Source of the DNA: Deltaproteobacteria bacterium | Lineage (GTDB): Bacteria > Desulfobacterota > Binatia > UBA9968 | Direction of reading: 5' to 3' | DNA length: 64,000 bases | Assembly (NCBI GenBank): GCA_009692615.1 | Contig: SHYW01000007.1 | Location: 245-64,244, forward strand | In this document: positions 39,833 through 49,623 of the stretch, in pieces | Numbering within the stretch: the stretch's first letter is position 1 | How the letters are laid out: the number at the start of each line of letters is the position of its first letter | Notes under the pieces: generated by a model | The model's input: only the letters and a program-made list of their open reading frames with translations | What the model was told of the DNA's origin: nothing | Database searches by the model: none | Translations under genes and position numbers: made by a program

Positions 39833-41449
39833 TTAATTTTCCGCCACGCGCCCTTTGAGCGCGAACATTCCCTGGGGCCGCTTTTGAATGAACAGAATGA
39901 TCAGGATCAAAACGAATATCTTGCCGAGCACCGCGCCGGCGAAGGGTTCGAGAAATTTGTTGATCTCGCCCAAGCCCACCGCGGCGATGATCGTGCCGGC
40001 CAACTGGCCGACGCCGCCCAACACCACGACCATAAAAGAATCGACGATATAACTCTGGCCCAGGTCGGGGCCGACGTTGCCGATCTGCGACAGCGCCACG
40101 CCGCCGAGACCGGCGATGCCGGAGCCGAGACCGAAAGTCAGCCAGTCCACCCGCGGCGTCGGGATGCCCATGCAGTCGGCCATGGCGCGGTTCTGGGTCA
40201 CGGCGCGCACATAGAGACCTAAGCGCGTGCGCGCCAGAAACAGCCACATAATAAAGACCACGATAGCCGCGAACAAAATAATCGCGATACGGTTATAAGG
40301 CAGCACAATATCGGCGCCAAGGTTGAAGCCGCCGGACATCCACGACGGATTGGCGACTTCGACGTTTTGCGCGCCAAACAGAGTGCGAACCAATTGAATC
40401 AGCATCAGGCTAATTCCCCAAGTAGTGAGCAACGTCTCCAACGGTCGGCCGTAGAGAAAACGAATGACGCTGCGTTCGAGCGCGACGCCGACCAATGCCG
40501 CGACGATGAAAGCCGCTGGGATCGCCGCGATCAGATACCAATCCAACGACTGCGGCAAATAAGCGCGGAAAAAAGTCTGCATCAGATAGGTGGTATAGGC
40601 GCCGAGCATCAGCATCTCACCATGGGCCATGTTGATGATGCCCATCAAGCCAAATGTAATCGCCAGGCCGAGCGCCGCCAAGAGCAGCACACTGCCAAGG
40701 CTCAAGCCGCTGAACAAAGCGCCGAGTAGCTGCGGCAGGATAAAACTTTGATCGAGCGCTTGGATCGCCTTTTGCGCTTCGGCTCTGACGCCGTTGTCGG
40801 TTTCGGCGAAGCTGCCGTAAGGATTTTTTTGCAACAGCGCGATGAGAATCTGTTTCGCTTGGGAATTCTTGCTCTCGCCCAAAAGCTTGGCCGCTTCGCG
40901 GCGCGCCACCACGTCGCTACTTTTGATCTCAATCAGCGCGCGCGCCAGCGCCAAAAGCGTTTTCACTTCGCCGTCGCTTTCCTTCGCTAGCGCCGCTTTG
41001 ATCAGCGGCAACATCGCCGGCTCGGGATCGGCCGCGACGATCTTCGCCGCCGCCAGCCGTTCGTCACGCGCGGGCGAGATCAGTTTGAGCGCGGCGAGGG
41101 CGGCGTCGAGCACGCCGCGCACCCGATTGTTGACCACGATCTCTTCAAGTTTTTCCGTCGGCGCGGCGATCGACTCGCCGGTAAGCGCATCCGTGACCGA
41201 ACTGCCGGCGACAATCACCAGCCGGCCGTTGAATAAGCGCAAGGCATCGTCCTGCATCGCCTTGAGCAATGGCACCGCGCTGGCCGCGCCGGAAGCGGCG
41301 AGTTTGGCGATCGCGTCGAGCTTTACGTCACTATCTTCAGCGGCGAGTTGCTGGATCAAAGCGGTGTCGAGGGCAATAACCTCGGGTGCGCTAAAAGCGA
41401 GCCAAAGAAAAACTAGCGCCCAGAGGCGCCAGCGAATCGATGTGATCAT
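39833..41449 (-). CDS. urtB: Urea ABC transporter permease UrtB (with HEAT-like periplasmic N-terminal domain)
   Basis: GLAITFGLMGIINMAHGE, LYGRPLETLL and FIQKRPQG. Confidence 0.94.
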   Translation of the reverse strand: MITSIRWRLWALVFLWLAFSAPEVIALDTALIQQLAAEDSDVKLDAIAKLAASGAASAVPLLKAMQDDALRLFNGRLVIVAGSSVTDALTGESIAAPTEKLEEIVVNNRVRGVLDAALAALKLISPARDERLAAAKIVAADPEPAMLPLIKAALAKESDGEVKTLLALARALIEIKSSDVVARREAAKLLGESKNSQAKQILIALLQKNPYGSFAETDNGVRAEAQKAIQALDQSFILPQLLGALFSGLSLGSVLLLAALGLAITFGLMGIINMAHGEMLMLGAYTTYLMQTFFRAYLPQSLDWYLIAAIPAAFIVAALVGVALERSVIRFLYGRPLETLLTTWGISLMLIQLVRTLFGAQNVEVANPSWMSGGFNLGADIVLPYNRIAIILFAAIVVFIMWLFLARTRLGLYVRAVTQNRAMADCMGIPTPRVDWLTFGLGSGIAGLGGVALSQIGNVGPDLGQSYIVDSFMVVVLGGVGQLAGTIIAAVGLGEINKFLEPFAGAVLGKIFVLILIILFIQKRPQGMFALKGRVAEN

Positions 41450-41468
41450 GATGTCGAATTGGGGTTAG

Positions 41469-41503
41469 AAAACAGGCCGGTGGCCAGCGCGCCGCCGGCC
41501 TGT
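41469..41503 (-). terminator. Hairpin with short U tract after urtA (internal terminator or mRNA stabiliser)
   Basis: Minus strand ACAGGCCGGCGGCGCGCTGGCCACCGGCCTGT followed by TTT. Confidence 0.55.
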
Positions 41504-41510
41504 CGCCGAG

Positions 41511-42839
41511 TTACTTTTTCGTCGCAACCATTTCCGGCTCGTCTTTCTTCTTGTCGTTGCCGGCGATATAGGGACTCCAGGGTTTCGCCTTCACCGGACC
41601 GGAAGTTTTCCAGACGATATTGAACTGGCCGTCCGCTTTAACTTCGCCGACGAACACCGGTTTATGCAGGTGATGATTCTTCTCGTCCATCTTGATGGTA
41701 AATCCCGAAGGCGCCTTGAAGCTCTGGCCGCCCACGGCGGCGATCACCTTGTCCACATCGGTGGTTTTCGCCTTTTCCACCGCTTGCTTCCACATGTACA
41801 TGCCGACATAGGCGGCCTCCATCGGGTCGTTGGTCAAAGGTTTATCCTTGTGGCCGGCAAGATTTTTCGCCTTGGCGTAGGCGGTCCACTTCTTGGTAAA
41901 CTCTTCGTTGGTCGGATTTTTTAGCGACATGAAATAATTCCACGCCGCCAGATGGCCGACCAACGGCTTGGTATCGACGCCGCGTAACTCCTCTTCTCCC
42001 ACGGAGAATGCCACCACGGGAACATCCTTCGCCTTCAAACCTTGATTGCCCAGTTCCTTATAGAAGGGCACGTTGGAATCGCCATTGATGGTGGAAATCA
42101 CCGCCGTCCGTTTGCCTTCGGCAGCGAACTTTTTGATCTTGCCGATGATCGTCTGATAGTCGGTATGACCGAACGGCGTGTACTCTTCTAGGATGTCGGC
42201 CTCTGGAATGTTCTTGGACTTCAGGAAGGCGCGCAGAATTTTATTAGTCGTGCGCGGATAAACGTAGTCGGTGCCAAGCAACACGAAGCGCTTGGCGGCG
42301 CCACCGTCCTTCGACATGAGATATTCCACCGCCGGAATCGCCTGCTGGTTTGGCGCCGCTCCGGTGTAGAAAACATTTTTCGAAAGCTCTTCGCCTTCAT
42401 ATTGCACCGGATAGAAAAGCAAGCCGTTGAGTTCCTCGAAAACCGGCAACACGCTTTTGCGCGATACCGAAGTCCAACAGCCGAAGACGACGGCTACTTT
42501 ATCTTGAGTGAGAAGTTGGCGCGCCTTTTCGGCGAACAGCGGCCAGTTCGAAGCCGGGTCGACGACTACGGCTTCCAGTTTCTTGCCGAGCACGCCGCCC
42601 TTGGCGTTGATTTCTTCGATAGCCATCAGGGTCACGTCCTTTAAAACGGTTTCGCTGATCGCCATCGTTCCGCTCAATGAATGAAGCACGCCGATTTTAA
42701 TCGTGTCTTTGCTCTGCGCCCTGACCGGCAGCGGCATCGCCAACATTGCGGCAACTCCCATGAGCGCGGCCACCCGCTTCAAGAAATTACACCGACTTAA
42801 TCCAAGCACGATATCGATTCTTTTAAATATGGTAACCAT
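41511..42839 (-). CDS. urtA: Urea ABC transporter substrate-binding protein UrtA
   Basis: LHSLSGTMAISE, VFGCWTSVSRK, FYPVQYEG and GAAPNQQ; GGAGG RBS. Confidence 0.95.
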   Translation of the reverse strand: MVTIFKRIDIVLGLSRCNFLKRVAALMGVAAMLAMPLPVRAQSKDTIKIGVLHSLSGTMAISETVLKDVTLMAIEEINAKGGVLGKKLEAVVVDPASNWPLFAEKARQLLTQDKVAVVFGCWTSVSRKSVLPVFEELNGLLFYPVQYEGEELSKNVFYTGAAPNQQAIPAVEYLMSKDGGAAKRFVLLGTDYVYPRTTNKILRAFLKSKNIPEADILEEYTPFGHTDYQTIIGKIKKFAAEGKRTAVISTINGDSNVPFYKELGNQGLKAKDVPVVAFSVGEEELRGVDTKPLVGHLAAWNYFMSLKNPTNEEFTKKWTAYAKAKNLAGHKDKPLTNDPMEAAYVGMYMWKQAVEKAKTTDVDKVIAAVGGQSFKAPSGFTIKMDEKNHHLHKPVFVGEVKADGQFNIVWKTSGPVKAKPWSPYIAGNDKKKDEPEMVATKK

Positions 42840-42907
42840 GAACTTCCTCCATCTTAAAAATTAGTTAATATAGGGTTCTCTGGATCTCTCCTGTTGGCAT
42901 ATCACAG

Positions 42908-44221
42908 CTAGAATAAAAATTGTGCTTGCAACCTAAAGCGATGCGCATCCAGCGCGCTCGCTTGGCCGCGAAAACTTTCGTTGTCGAGAAAGCTGTAATC
43001 GGCCTGCAGCTTCAGGTTGTGGCCGTAAACGTAATAGTTCAGACCGCCGGTGTACGCGGTGGTTTTGCGAAACACTCCCGAGACATTGAGCTTGTCAAAT
43101 TCAACACCCGAGACTCGCCCGGCCAATTCCAACTTACCGGGCATCAGGTAGTAGCCAAGCTGAGAATAGTATCCCCAGTCATTGCCGTCCGACACTCCAG
43201 GCGTGGTAAAGCTGTCGTGGCGATAGTAGCCGGCACTCTGGAAACTCAATTGATCCCAACGATAGCCGAGATCTAAAGTGACATTGGTCGTGCTGTCTTT
43301 CGCTTTTAGATTTTGAAACGATGACGCACCGTCGATTGGATTGTACGCCGCCGCTACGCCGACCGAGAGTTGCGCTTCGCTCGCCGCCTTGGGCGAACTC
43401 TCGTAGTAACCGTACGGTTTAAGAATATCGAACTCTAAACGTCCAAGCGCGCCGATGTTACTGCCGAAATTCTGCTGACCCGGAGCATCGAGCGCGCGGA
43501 CACTGTTGAGCATCGCCGCATGATAGGAAACCGGGCCGAGTTTACCGGACACATGGGCGCCGATGGAACGTGGCAGATTGAACGCATAATCGGCTTCCGA
43601 CAAATCGGAGAACAGGAGGTTTCCCGGATGGGTGTAAAACTGCCGGCTATACGGCAGGACAAAGCGCCCGCCTTGCAGGCCAAATTCAGGAGCGAAACTA
43701 TATTTCATCCACCAATCCAGCATCGTAATGTTATTGTTGTTGCCGAAGGTGCTTCCTTGCAGCTGCGTGAAGTAAGTTAATTTCGGATCGAACATATTGC
43801 CGGACAGCGCCAACCGCGCCAACCCGACATCGAAGTTCTGGTTGTAGCCGGCGCCGTTCGGCTTGTCCAGCGTGTAACGAAACTGGCCGAAGCCGTTGAC
43901 GACCAGAGAAAACGGCTTGTCCTTGCTACGAATGTAAAATCCACCGTCGTAACCGGCCTCAAGGCTAGGTGCCTTGGCCTTTTCCACGGCATCCACTTTT
44001 TCCTTGGCGGCCAGTTTCGCCTCTTGCGCTTCGAAACGTTTCTCAAGCTGCTCAACATAAGCACGCTGCTTTGCCAACTCTTGGCGCAGCAGTTTTAAGT
44101 CCTCTCCGGCGTCCGCCGCCAACGCCTTACCCGTTGTTAAACCGCTAAAACTGTAACTAACCGCCGCCGCGACCATCGCGATGGCCAGACGACTCCATTC
44201 GACCTTCATAGAAATTCTCAT
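42908..44221 (-). CDS. Outer-membrane porin (OprO/OprP-like beta-barrel) leading the urea operon
   Basis: Signal peptide, N-terminal coiled coil, amphipathic beta strands, GLNYYVYGHNLKLQADY and terminal ..QAQFLF (BAM signal). Confidence 0.8.
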   Translation of the reverse strand: MRISMKVEWSRLAIAMVAAAVSYSFSGLTTGKALAADAGEDLKLLRQELAKQRAYVEQLEKRFEAQEAKLAAKEKVDAVEKAKAPSLEAGYDGGFYIRSKDKPFSLVVNGFGQFRYTLDKPNGAGYNQNFDVGLARLALSGNMFDPKLTYFTQLQGSTFGNNNNITMLDWWMKYSFAPEFGLQGGRFVLPYSRQFYTHPGNLLFSDLSEADYAFNLPRSIGAHVSGKLGPVSYHAAMLNSVRALDAPGQQNFGSNIGALGRLEFDILKPYGYYESSPKAASEAQLSVGVAAAYNPIDGASSFQNLKAKDSTTNVTLDLGYRWDQLSFQSAGYYRHDSFTTPGVSDGNDWGYYSQLGYYLMPGKLELAGRVSGVEFDKLNVSGVFRKTTAYTGGLNYYVYGHNLKLQADYSFLDNESFRGQASALDAHRFRLQAQFLF

Positions 44222-44310
44222 CTCCTTATTTTTTTCCCCAAGAATTGTTTATCCGACGCTGGATCAAGCAGAGAGACCACGTCGTATTCCGCCTCTCATT
44301 AAGGACACTA

Positions 44311-44326
44311 AGCAACTCCCATGCCG
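44311..44326 (-). promoter_or_regulatory. Sigma-54 promoter of the porin-urt-ure operon
   Basis: Minus strand CGGCATGGGAGTTGCT = GG-N10-GC with TTGCT. Confidence 0.75.
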
Positions 44327-44399
44327 CGCATGAAAGACTCGGAAATTCTCTTAACTTACTCGAAACAAAGCAGGTTTCGGCATGACGCGAAGGTTTTTG

Positions 44400-44438
44400 T
44401 GCCTATTTAATTGGCAAGCAGTGCCTAACGTTTAGGCG
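44400..44438. promoter_or_regulatory. Paired 17-bp palindromes, probable NtrC-like enhancer sites
   Basis: TGCCTATTTAATTGGCA (44400-16) and TGCCTAACGTTTAGGCG (44422-38), 22 bp apart and upstream of the sigma-54 site. Confidence 0.65.
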
Positions 44439-44520
44439 GTTACCCAAATTATTATCAAGCAAAGTTTAACTGGCGGGATTTGCTGCTCAATATTCTGGGC
44501 GAGCGGCGGCTGAATTTGAC

Positions 44521-45558
44521 TCAACGGTAAAGCCCATCGATGAAACCGTTGGCTTGCAGCTCACGGACGAAGCGATCGTCGAAAAATCTTTTCGGATCCT
44601 GTCCCTTCGCCTTGGGATTGCGTGGCTCAAGCTCTTCGAGCACCGGGCGAATCGCTTCGACGGTGGGCAACGGCGCGCGCAGCAGATATTTGCTCGCGTA
44701 AATGTCGTACGCTTCCGACAACTGCTCCATATCGGTGGTGCGCAGAAACTTGCTCATAACGCTAATCGTGAATGGCCGGTCGCGCTTCATCCGTGCGATC
44801 GCTTCGACTTGAGCCATCATGTAGCGGCGCACCAGATCCGGCTCCTTGCGAATCACTTCGCCGCGCGTGCTGATGCCGGTCGAGGCGTAGGGAAAGTTCA
44901 GCGATGGAATTTCGAGCAGCTCGCGATAGCCCAGCTTTTTTGCCCGCCCGATCGCCGGGTAGGAGAGAATACCGCCTTGCACCCGATTGCCCTGCATTGC
45001 CGGTACGATCGACTCCATGCCGCCGATTTGCAGGATCGAGACATCTTTCTCCGGAACTAAATTATAGTGGCGCAGCGCCACGCGCGCGCCGGTATCGATG
45101 GTCGTGCCGTAGCGCGTGATACCGATCGCCTTGCCGCGCAGCTGCTCGGCCCGTTCGATCTCCGGGCGCACCATCAGGCTCAGCACTAGCGTGTCAATGG
45201 TCGTGCCGATCACGATCACATCCGCGCCACCTACCGCAGCGCTCACCGTCGTGCCACCGGCGATTTGGAGAAAAGTAATCTCGCCGGCGATCAACGCATT
45301 CATCCCTTCCACGCCGCTCGGCGTCGCGATCACCTCGACTTCCAAGCCATGTTTCTTGAAAATGCCGGCCTCGCGCGCCAACCATGGCACCGCCATGGAG
45401 CCGGAAAGCGAAGTGATCGCCACGCGCAGTTTACGCAGCGGCGCATTCTCCGCGCTTTCAATTTGACTGGCGTTACAGCATAGAAAAACCACGACCAAAC
45501 TTAAGGCGCACAACCGGTTGTGAATTCGTTTCATCGTCTCAGGCCAGCCTTCCACCAT
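44521..45558 (-). CDS. ABC substrate-binding protein, NMT1/SsuA-like, orphan
   Basis: WLAREAGIFKKHGLEVE and LRGKAIGITRYGT; close paralog of 31004-32026; start may be 45534. Confidence 0.85.
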   Translation of the reverse strand: MVEGWPETMKRIHNRLCALSLVVVFLCCNASQIESAENAPLRKLRVAITSLSGSMAVPWLAREAGIFKKHGLEVEVIATPSGVEGMNALIAGEITFLQIAGGTTVSAAVGGADVIVIGTTIDTLVLSLMVRPEIERAEQLRGKAIGITRYGTTIDTGARVALRHYNLVPEKDVSILQIGGMESIVPAMQGNRVQGGILSYPAIGRAKKLGYRELLEIPSLNFPYASTGISTRGEVIRKEPDLVRRYMMAQVEAIARMKRDRPFTISVMSKFLRTTDMEQLSEAYDIYASKYLLRAPLPTVEAIRPVLEELEPRNPKAKGQDPKRFFDDRFVRELQANGFIDGLYR

Positions 45559-45578
45559 ATATCATTACTCCAGTCCCA

Positions 45579-46553
45579 CTACCGCCCTATGCCTAGCTCC
45601 TGCTGCGCGCGCCGGAGATAGCTCAAGTCGAGATATTTTTCCGGCGCGGGATAAGGTTTGCTTTTGAACAAGCGATCGCCCATCAAATCGATCAGCCGTT
45701 GAAACCCTTCGCGGTTCACCGAGCCGTCTTTGCTAATAATTCCCTGGGAGAGATATTCGTCGACGGTGACACGCGTCGACTTGAGCGGAATCCCGGTGCG
45801 CTTGGAAATCAAATCAGCCGCTTGTTCGTGGTTGGCGTGAGCCCACTGCATCGCTCGCACCATCGCTTTTAGATAGCGCACCGTCAACTGGCTATTCGTT
45901 TCCGCCCAGCGGCCATCGACGATCAAACTGTGAAATTGCAGGTTGGGAATATAGTCTGACAGTTTTGCGATCTCCAAGAAGCCCAGCTCGCGCGAGCGCG
46001 GCAAATCGCCGCCGAGCAGCATCGTCGCCGACGTACTGCAAGTTTTGAGGCTGGCCAGCCGCTGTCCGGTGGGACCGTTCTGGATAATCGTATAGTCACG
46101 GTTGAGCTCCAGCCCTTCAGCTTTGAGCATTTCCCGCAAAAAGATCGTGCTGCCGGAAACCAAGCTCACCACACCGATGTTCGTGCCCTTGAGATCTTTG
46201 ATCGATTTATATTTCGGACAAGTGACCAACGTGTAGGCCGCGATCGGCACCGTGCCGCCGATGATTTTTAACGCCGCGCCGCGCTCCACGGCATTGATCG
46301 CCGCCGACGGATCGACGATGGCGACATGGATCTGTCCAGCGATCAACGCTTGAATCAACGTATCGGTCGAGCCGATCAGCACAACATCGCCTTGGATTCC
46401 TTCTTGAGCGAAGAAACCTTTGTCCGTCGCCGCGTAGTTCGGCAACTGCTCCACCGTGCGCGAGACGTTGCCGATGATCACCCGGTCGGCAGCGACGGCG
46501 AAGTGAAATGACGAGAGAACTAAAACAAGCACCAGCGGCAAAAAAAATTTCAT
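45579..46553 (-). CDS. ABC substrate-binding protein, NMT1/SsuA-like, orphan
   Basis: Start moved to MKFFLPLVL (46553, GGAGG RBS); KGFFAQEGI and DLKGTNIGV. Confidence 0.85.
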   Translation of the reverse strand: MKFFLPLVLVLVLSSFHFAVAADRVIIGNVSRTVEQLPNYAATDKGFFAQEGIQGDVVLIGSTDTLIQALIAGQIHVAIVDPSAAINAVERGAALKIIGGTVPIAAYTLVTCPKYKSIKDLKGTNIGVVSLVSGSTIFLREMLKAEGLELNRDYTIIQNGPTGQRLASLKTCSTSATMLLGGDLPRSRELGFLEIAKLSDYIPNLQFHSLIVDGRWAETNSQLTVRYLKAMVRAMQWAHANHEQAADLISKRTGIPLKSTRVTVDEYLSQGIISKDGSVNREGFQRLIDLMGDRLFKSKPYPAPEKYLDLSYLRRAQQELGIGR

Positions 46554-46567
46554 GTTCGCCTCCAAAG

Positions 46568-47437
46568 CTAAAGCTTCTGATAATAGTTGGCGTAAAAGTA
46601 ATCGGCGATCTCCGCGCCCGTCGCCTTCCACACGCCGTCGTGAGAACAAATATACTGCAACGCCAAGTCGAGATACTTGACGCGAAAGGCCAGACCGATG
46701 ACAAACGGATGGAGCGGCAGCGTCATCACCCGCGCTTGGGTCTCGCCCTCTGCGTAGAAGGTATCGAACTGATCGCACACCATCTGTAACCAATCCTTCG
46801 GCGTGTGGCCGCCTTGGAAGATCACGCGGATATCGTTCAATCCTTGCTGATAGGGAATCGCGATCATCCGGCCCGACTTCACCCGCATCGCGCAGGGCTG
46901 ATCGTCGAAACCCCAGTCGCAAACGTAATCGAAACCTTCCGCGGCGAGATGATCCAATGTGTTAGGGCTTTCATCGCCGCCGCCCGGTCCGAGCCAGCCG
47001 CGCGGCGCTTTGCCGGTCGCCGCGGCAATAGTATCTCGAATTTGCCGAATCACGCCGCGCTCTTCGTCGGCGGGATATTGATTGATGCGAATATTGTTGG
47101 TCACGCCGTGGCCGAGCCACTCCCACTTTCGTTTATTGCCCTCTTCGATGATCGCCGGATGATGCGCGCAGACATCGGCGTTGAGCAACACCGTGGCGCG
47201 TATGGAATGCTTGTCGAGTACGTCCATCATGCGAAACACGCCGATGCGTGAACCATAGTCGCGCAGCGCGTAACCGGTCACGTCCGGCAAGGAAGAATTC
47301 GCCGCGCCGGGAATCACTTTGTCGATGTGGAAGAATTCGACATTCGGCGCCACCATCAACGCGACGCGCGCGTTGTTCGGCCATTTGAATGGCTGGCGCC
47401 TGACAATCGGCGAGTAATCGTAACGCTCAGTCTGCAT
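46568..47437 (-). CDS. Polysaccharide deacetylase family protein (PuuE/allantoinase-like)
   Basis: YSPIVRR..KWPNNARVAL, RDYGSRIG, EWLGHG, PRGWLGP and LHPFVIG. Confidence 0.85.
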   Translation of the reverse strand: MQTERYDYSPIVRRQPFKWPNNARVALMVAPNVEFFHIDKVIPGAANSSLPDVTGYALRDYGSRIGVFRMMDVLDKHSIRATVLLNADVCAHHPAIIEEGNKRKWEWLGHGVTNNIRINQYPADEERGVIRQIRDTIAAATGKAPRGWLGPGGGDESPNTLDHLAAEGFDYVCDWGFDDQPCAMRVKSGRMIAIPYQQGLNDIRVIFQGGHTPKDWLQMVCDQFDTFYAEGETQARVMTLPLHPFVIGLAFRVKYLDLALQYICSHDGVWKATGAEIADYFYANYYQKL

Positions 47438-47483
47438 GGTTGCTCTCCAAACTTCTTATCCGAAACCCCCAACTCCCTACCCT

Positions 47484-48431
47484 TTACCCCGTACGCGGTT
47501 CACCGCTTGGGATATGCGTCTCGTGCACAGTCATATACCAACTCGCGATCTCCTCGCGGCTGGGGAACCAAACTTTTTCGCGCGAGAGCGCATACTCGAC
47601 AAACTCGCGCAGCGCGCCGATCCGATGCGCGTGGCCCATCACGTGAGGATGCAGGCCGAGGTTCATAATGCGCCCCGTCGCCGCGCCTTCAATGTAAAGT
47701 TGGTCGAAACAGCTCTTCAGCGTTTCCAATCCCGCCGACGCCGGCATGCCGCCGCGTGCGAATAAGTTAAAATCGTTGATATCGTTCGAATACGGCACGC
47801 AGACGATCGGGCCTTTCGAAGTGTGAATCAGATAGGGCTGATCGTCGTTTAGATAATCGCAGTAAGCGATCACACCGAACTCTTTCAAGAACACCGGCGT
47901 TTGCAGCGTGCCACGGATAGCCGAAGACAACCAGGCTTTAGCAGGGCGGCCGACTACTTTCTCGTAGATATCGAGCGTGCGCCGAATCACGGCGCGCTCG
48001 TCTTCTGGCTTGTGCGCGTAATAGGTGAGCAGATCGTTCTGCGCCCAGTTATGCGGCACCAGCTCCCAGTCACGCTCGTTGCAAGCATCGACGATGCGCC
48101 GCCGCTCGGTCATCGTCATGCCGTTGATCGTGCACGATGGCTTTACGCCAAGCTTGTCGAACATCTCGAACATGCGCCAGATACCAATGCGCTGGCCATA
48201 CTCGCGCCAAGTCCAATTTGCCGTATCGAGCACATCGCCCGGCAGCGCGTGCGGAATCGTCATCGGCCCGCCGGTGAACAGCGGCTCTTTCTGCCCCGGC
48301 CGGAACGGTTCCCAGTATTCGATGTTGATCGTAATAATCAGCGCCAACTGCGCGCCGTTGGGAAAGCGCAGCGGCCCGCGGTCCGGTAGCGGCACATAGG
48401 GATAATGTGAAGGCGAAACTTCATCGCTCAT
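47484..48431 (-). CDS. Polysaccharide deacetylase family protein (PuuE/allantoinase-like)
   Basis: FPNGAQLAL, WREYGQRIGIWR, DDQPY, PYSNDIND and LHPHVMG. Confidence 0.85.
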   Translation of the reverse strand: MSDEVSPSHYPYVPLPDRGPLRFPNGAQLALIITINIEYWEPFRPGQKEPLFTGGPMTIPHALPGDVLDTANWTWREYGQRIGIWRMFEMFDKLGVKPSCTINGMTMTERRRIVDACNERDWELVPHNWAQNDLLTYYAHKPEDERAVIRRTLDIYEKVVGRPAKAWLSSAIRGTLQTPVFLKEFGVIAYCDYLNDDQPYLIHTSKGPIVCVPYSNDINDFNLFARGGMPASAGLETLKSCFDQLYIEGAATGRIMNLGLHPHVMGHAHRIGALREFVEYALSREKVWFPSREEIASWYMTVHETHIPSGEPRTG

Positions 48432-48446
48432 TCTGTCGTGCCGATC

Positions 48447-49427
48447 CTATCTTCGAACCCTGTCGATAAACCCACTCTTCTTAAGCTCGTCAAGAATACT
48501 TGGCTCCATCACGCGCAGCGACTCCACCGTCTGCCCTTTGGCTTTAGGATTGGTTTTCGCCAGTTGGGCGATCACCAGCTCGACGCCCTTGCGGTCCGGC
48601 ATGCTCAAAAGCCCATCGGCATGGGCTCCTAAAAAATAGTCGTAACCAATTCCATATACTTCATCGTCGGCGCGGATATATTTTTTAATCACCTGAATCG
48701 TCATGGCGCGATCGCGCTTGGCGAGAAACAGCGCTTCGACCAACGCCTTGACGAAGTTCGTCGCCCTCTCCTTGTTGGCGTCGAGATAACTGCGCTTGAT
48801 CATCAAGCAGCTTTGCGGATAAGCCATGCCTGCTTCGGCCATGTCCAAAAGCAAGTTCATTCGGTGCTTTTTAATTGCCATGGTCGCAAACGGCTCAGTG
48901 AACAACGACGCCTCCGTCGAACCATTCGTCAGCGCCGTCAGTCGGTTGGAACTGGCGCCCAGTTGTATGACCGTAACTTGCTTCGAATCGACAGCGAATT
49001 TTTCCAAGGCCGCCTGCACCGCGAAATCGGTGGCCGAACCGAACTGGCTGATGGAAATTTTCTTGCCGCGCAAATCTTGCACGCTGCGGATCTCCGGCCG
49101 GCCGACTAATTTAAATGCAAAAAGATTGAAACCGCCGGTGATCATCGCGATATCCGCGCCCTGCAGGTCGGCGGTGACCGCCAGGGCGCCGGTGGAGAAG
49201 AGAAACTGGCTATCGTTGGACAACAGCGTCTGCACGCCCAACGTGCCGCTATTCATCGCCAAGTATTCCACCTCCATGCCGTATTTTCGGAACAACCCTT
49301 CCTGATTGGCGACCCAAATAAGCGAATGAAGCGGCGTCATACCGCCGCCGCTGACGCGGACTTTTTCCGCTGCGAAGGTCGGCGTAGCACAAAGTAGCAG
49401 AATTGCGATGACGGTTTTTAAGCCCAT
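48447..49427 (-). CDS. ABC substrate-binding protein, NMT1/SsuA-like, orphan
   Basis: Start moved to MGLKTV (49427); GLFRKYGMEVE and DLRGKKISISQFGSATD. Confidence 0.85.
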   Translation of the reverse strand: MGLKTVIAILLLCATPTFAAEKVRVSGGGMTPLHSLIWVANQEGLFRKYGMEVEYLAMNSGTLGVQTLLSNDSQFLFSTGALAVTADLQGADIAMITGGFNLFAFKLVGRPEIRSVQDLRGKKISISQFGSATDFAVQAALEKFAVDSKQVTVIQLGASSNRLTALTNGSTEASLFTEPFATMAIKKHRMNLLLDMAEAGMAYPQSCLMIKRSYLDANKERATNFVKALVEALFLAKRDRAMTIQVIKKYIRADDEVYGIGYDYFLGAHADGLLSMPDRKGVELVIAQLAKTNPKAKGQTVESLRVMEPSILDELKKSGFIDRVRR

Positions 49428-49623
49428 GAATGAACCTTCTCGTGTTTCACTTAGCCCATTCACCTCCACCTGTCCATGGCGGAGACCGAGAAATAAGACA
49501 GAGCTTGGAGACAGAGACCGCTCCCCTACCTTTCCTATTTCTATCCCTGTCTCTGTCTCGTCCCGCCGATTGACTTCCACACCGCAGTCAACTTACATTC
49601 GCGACTATTGCAGCGGAGGGAAC

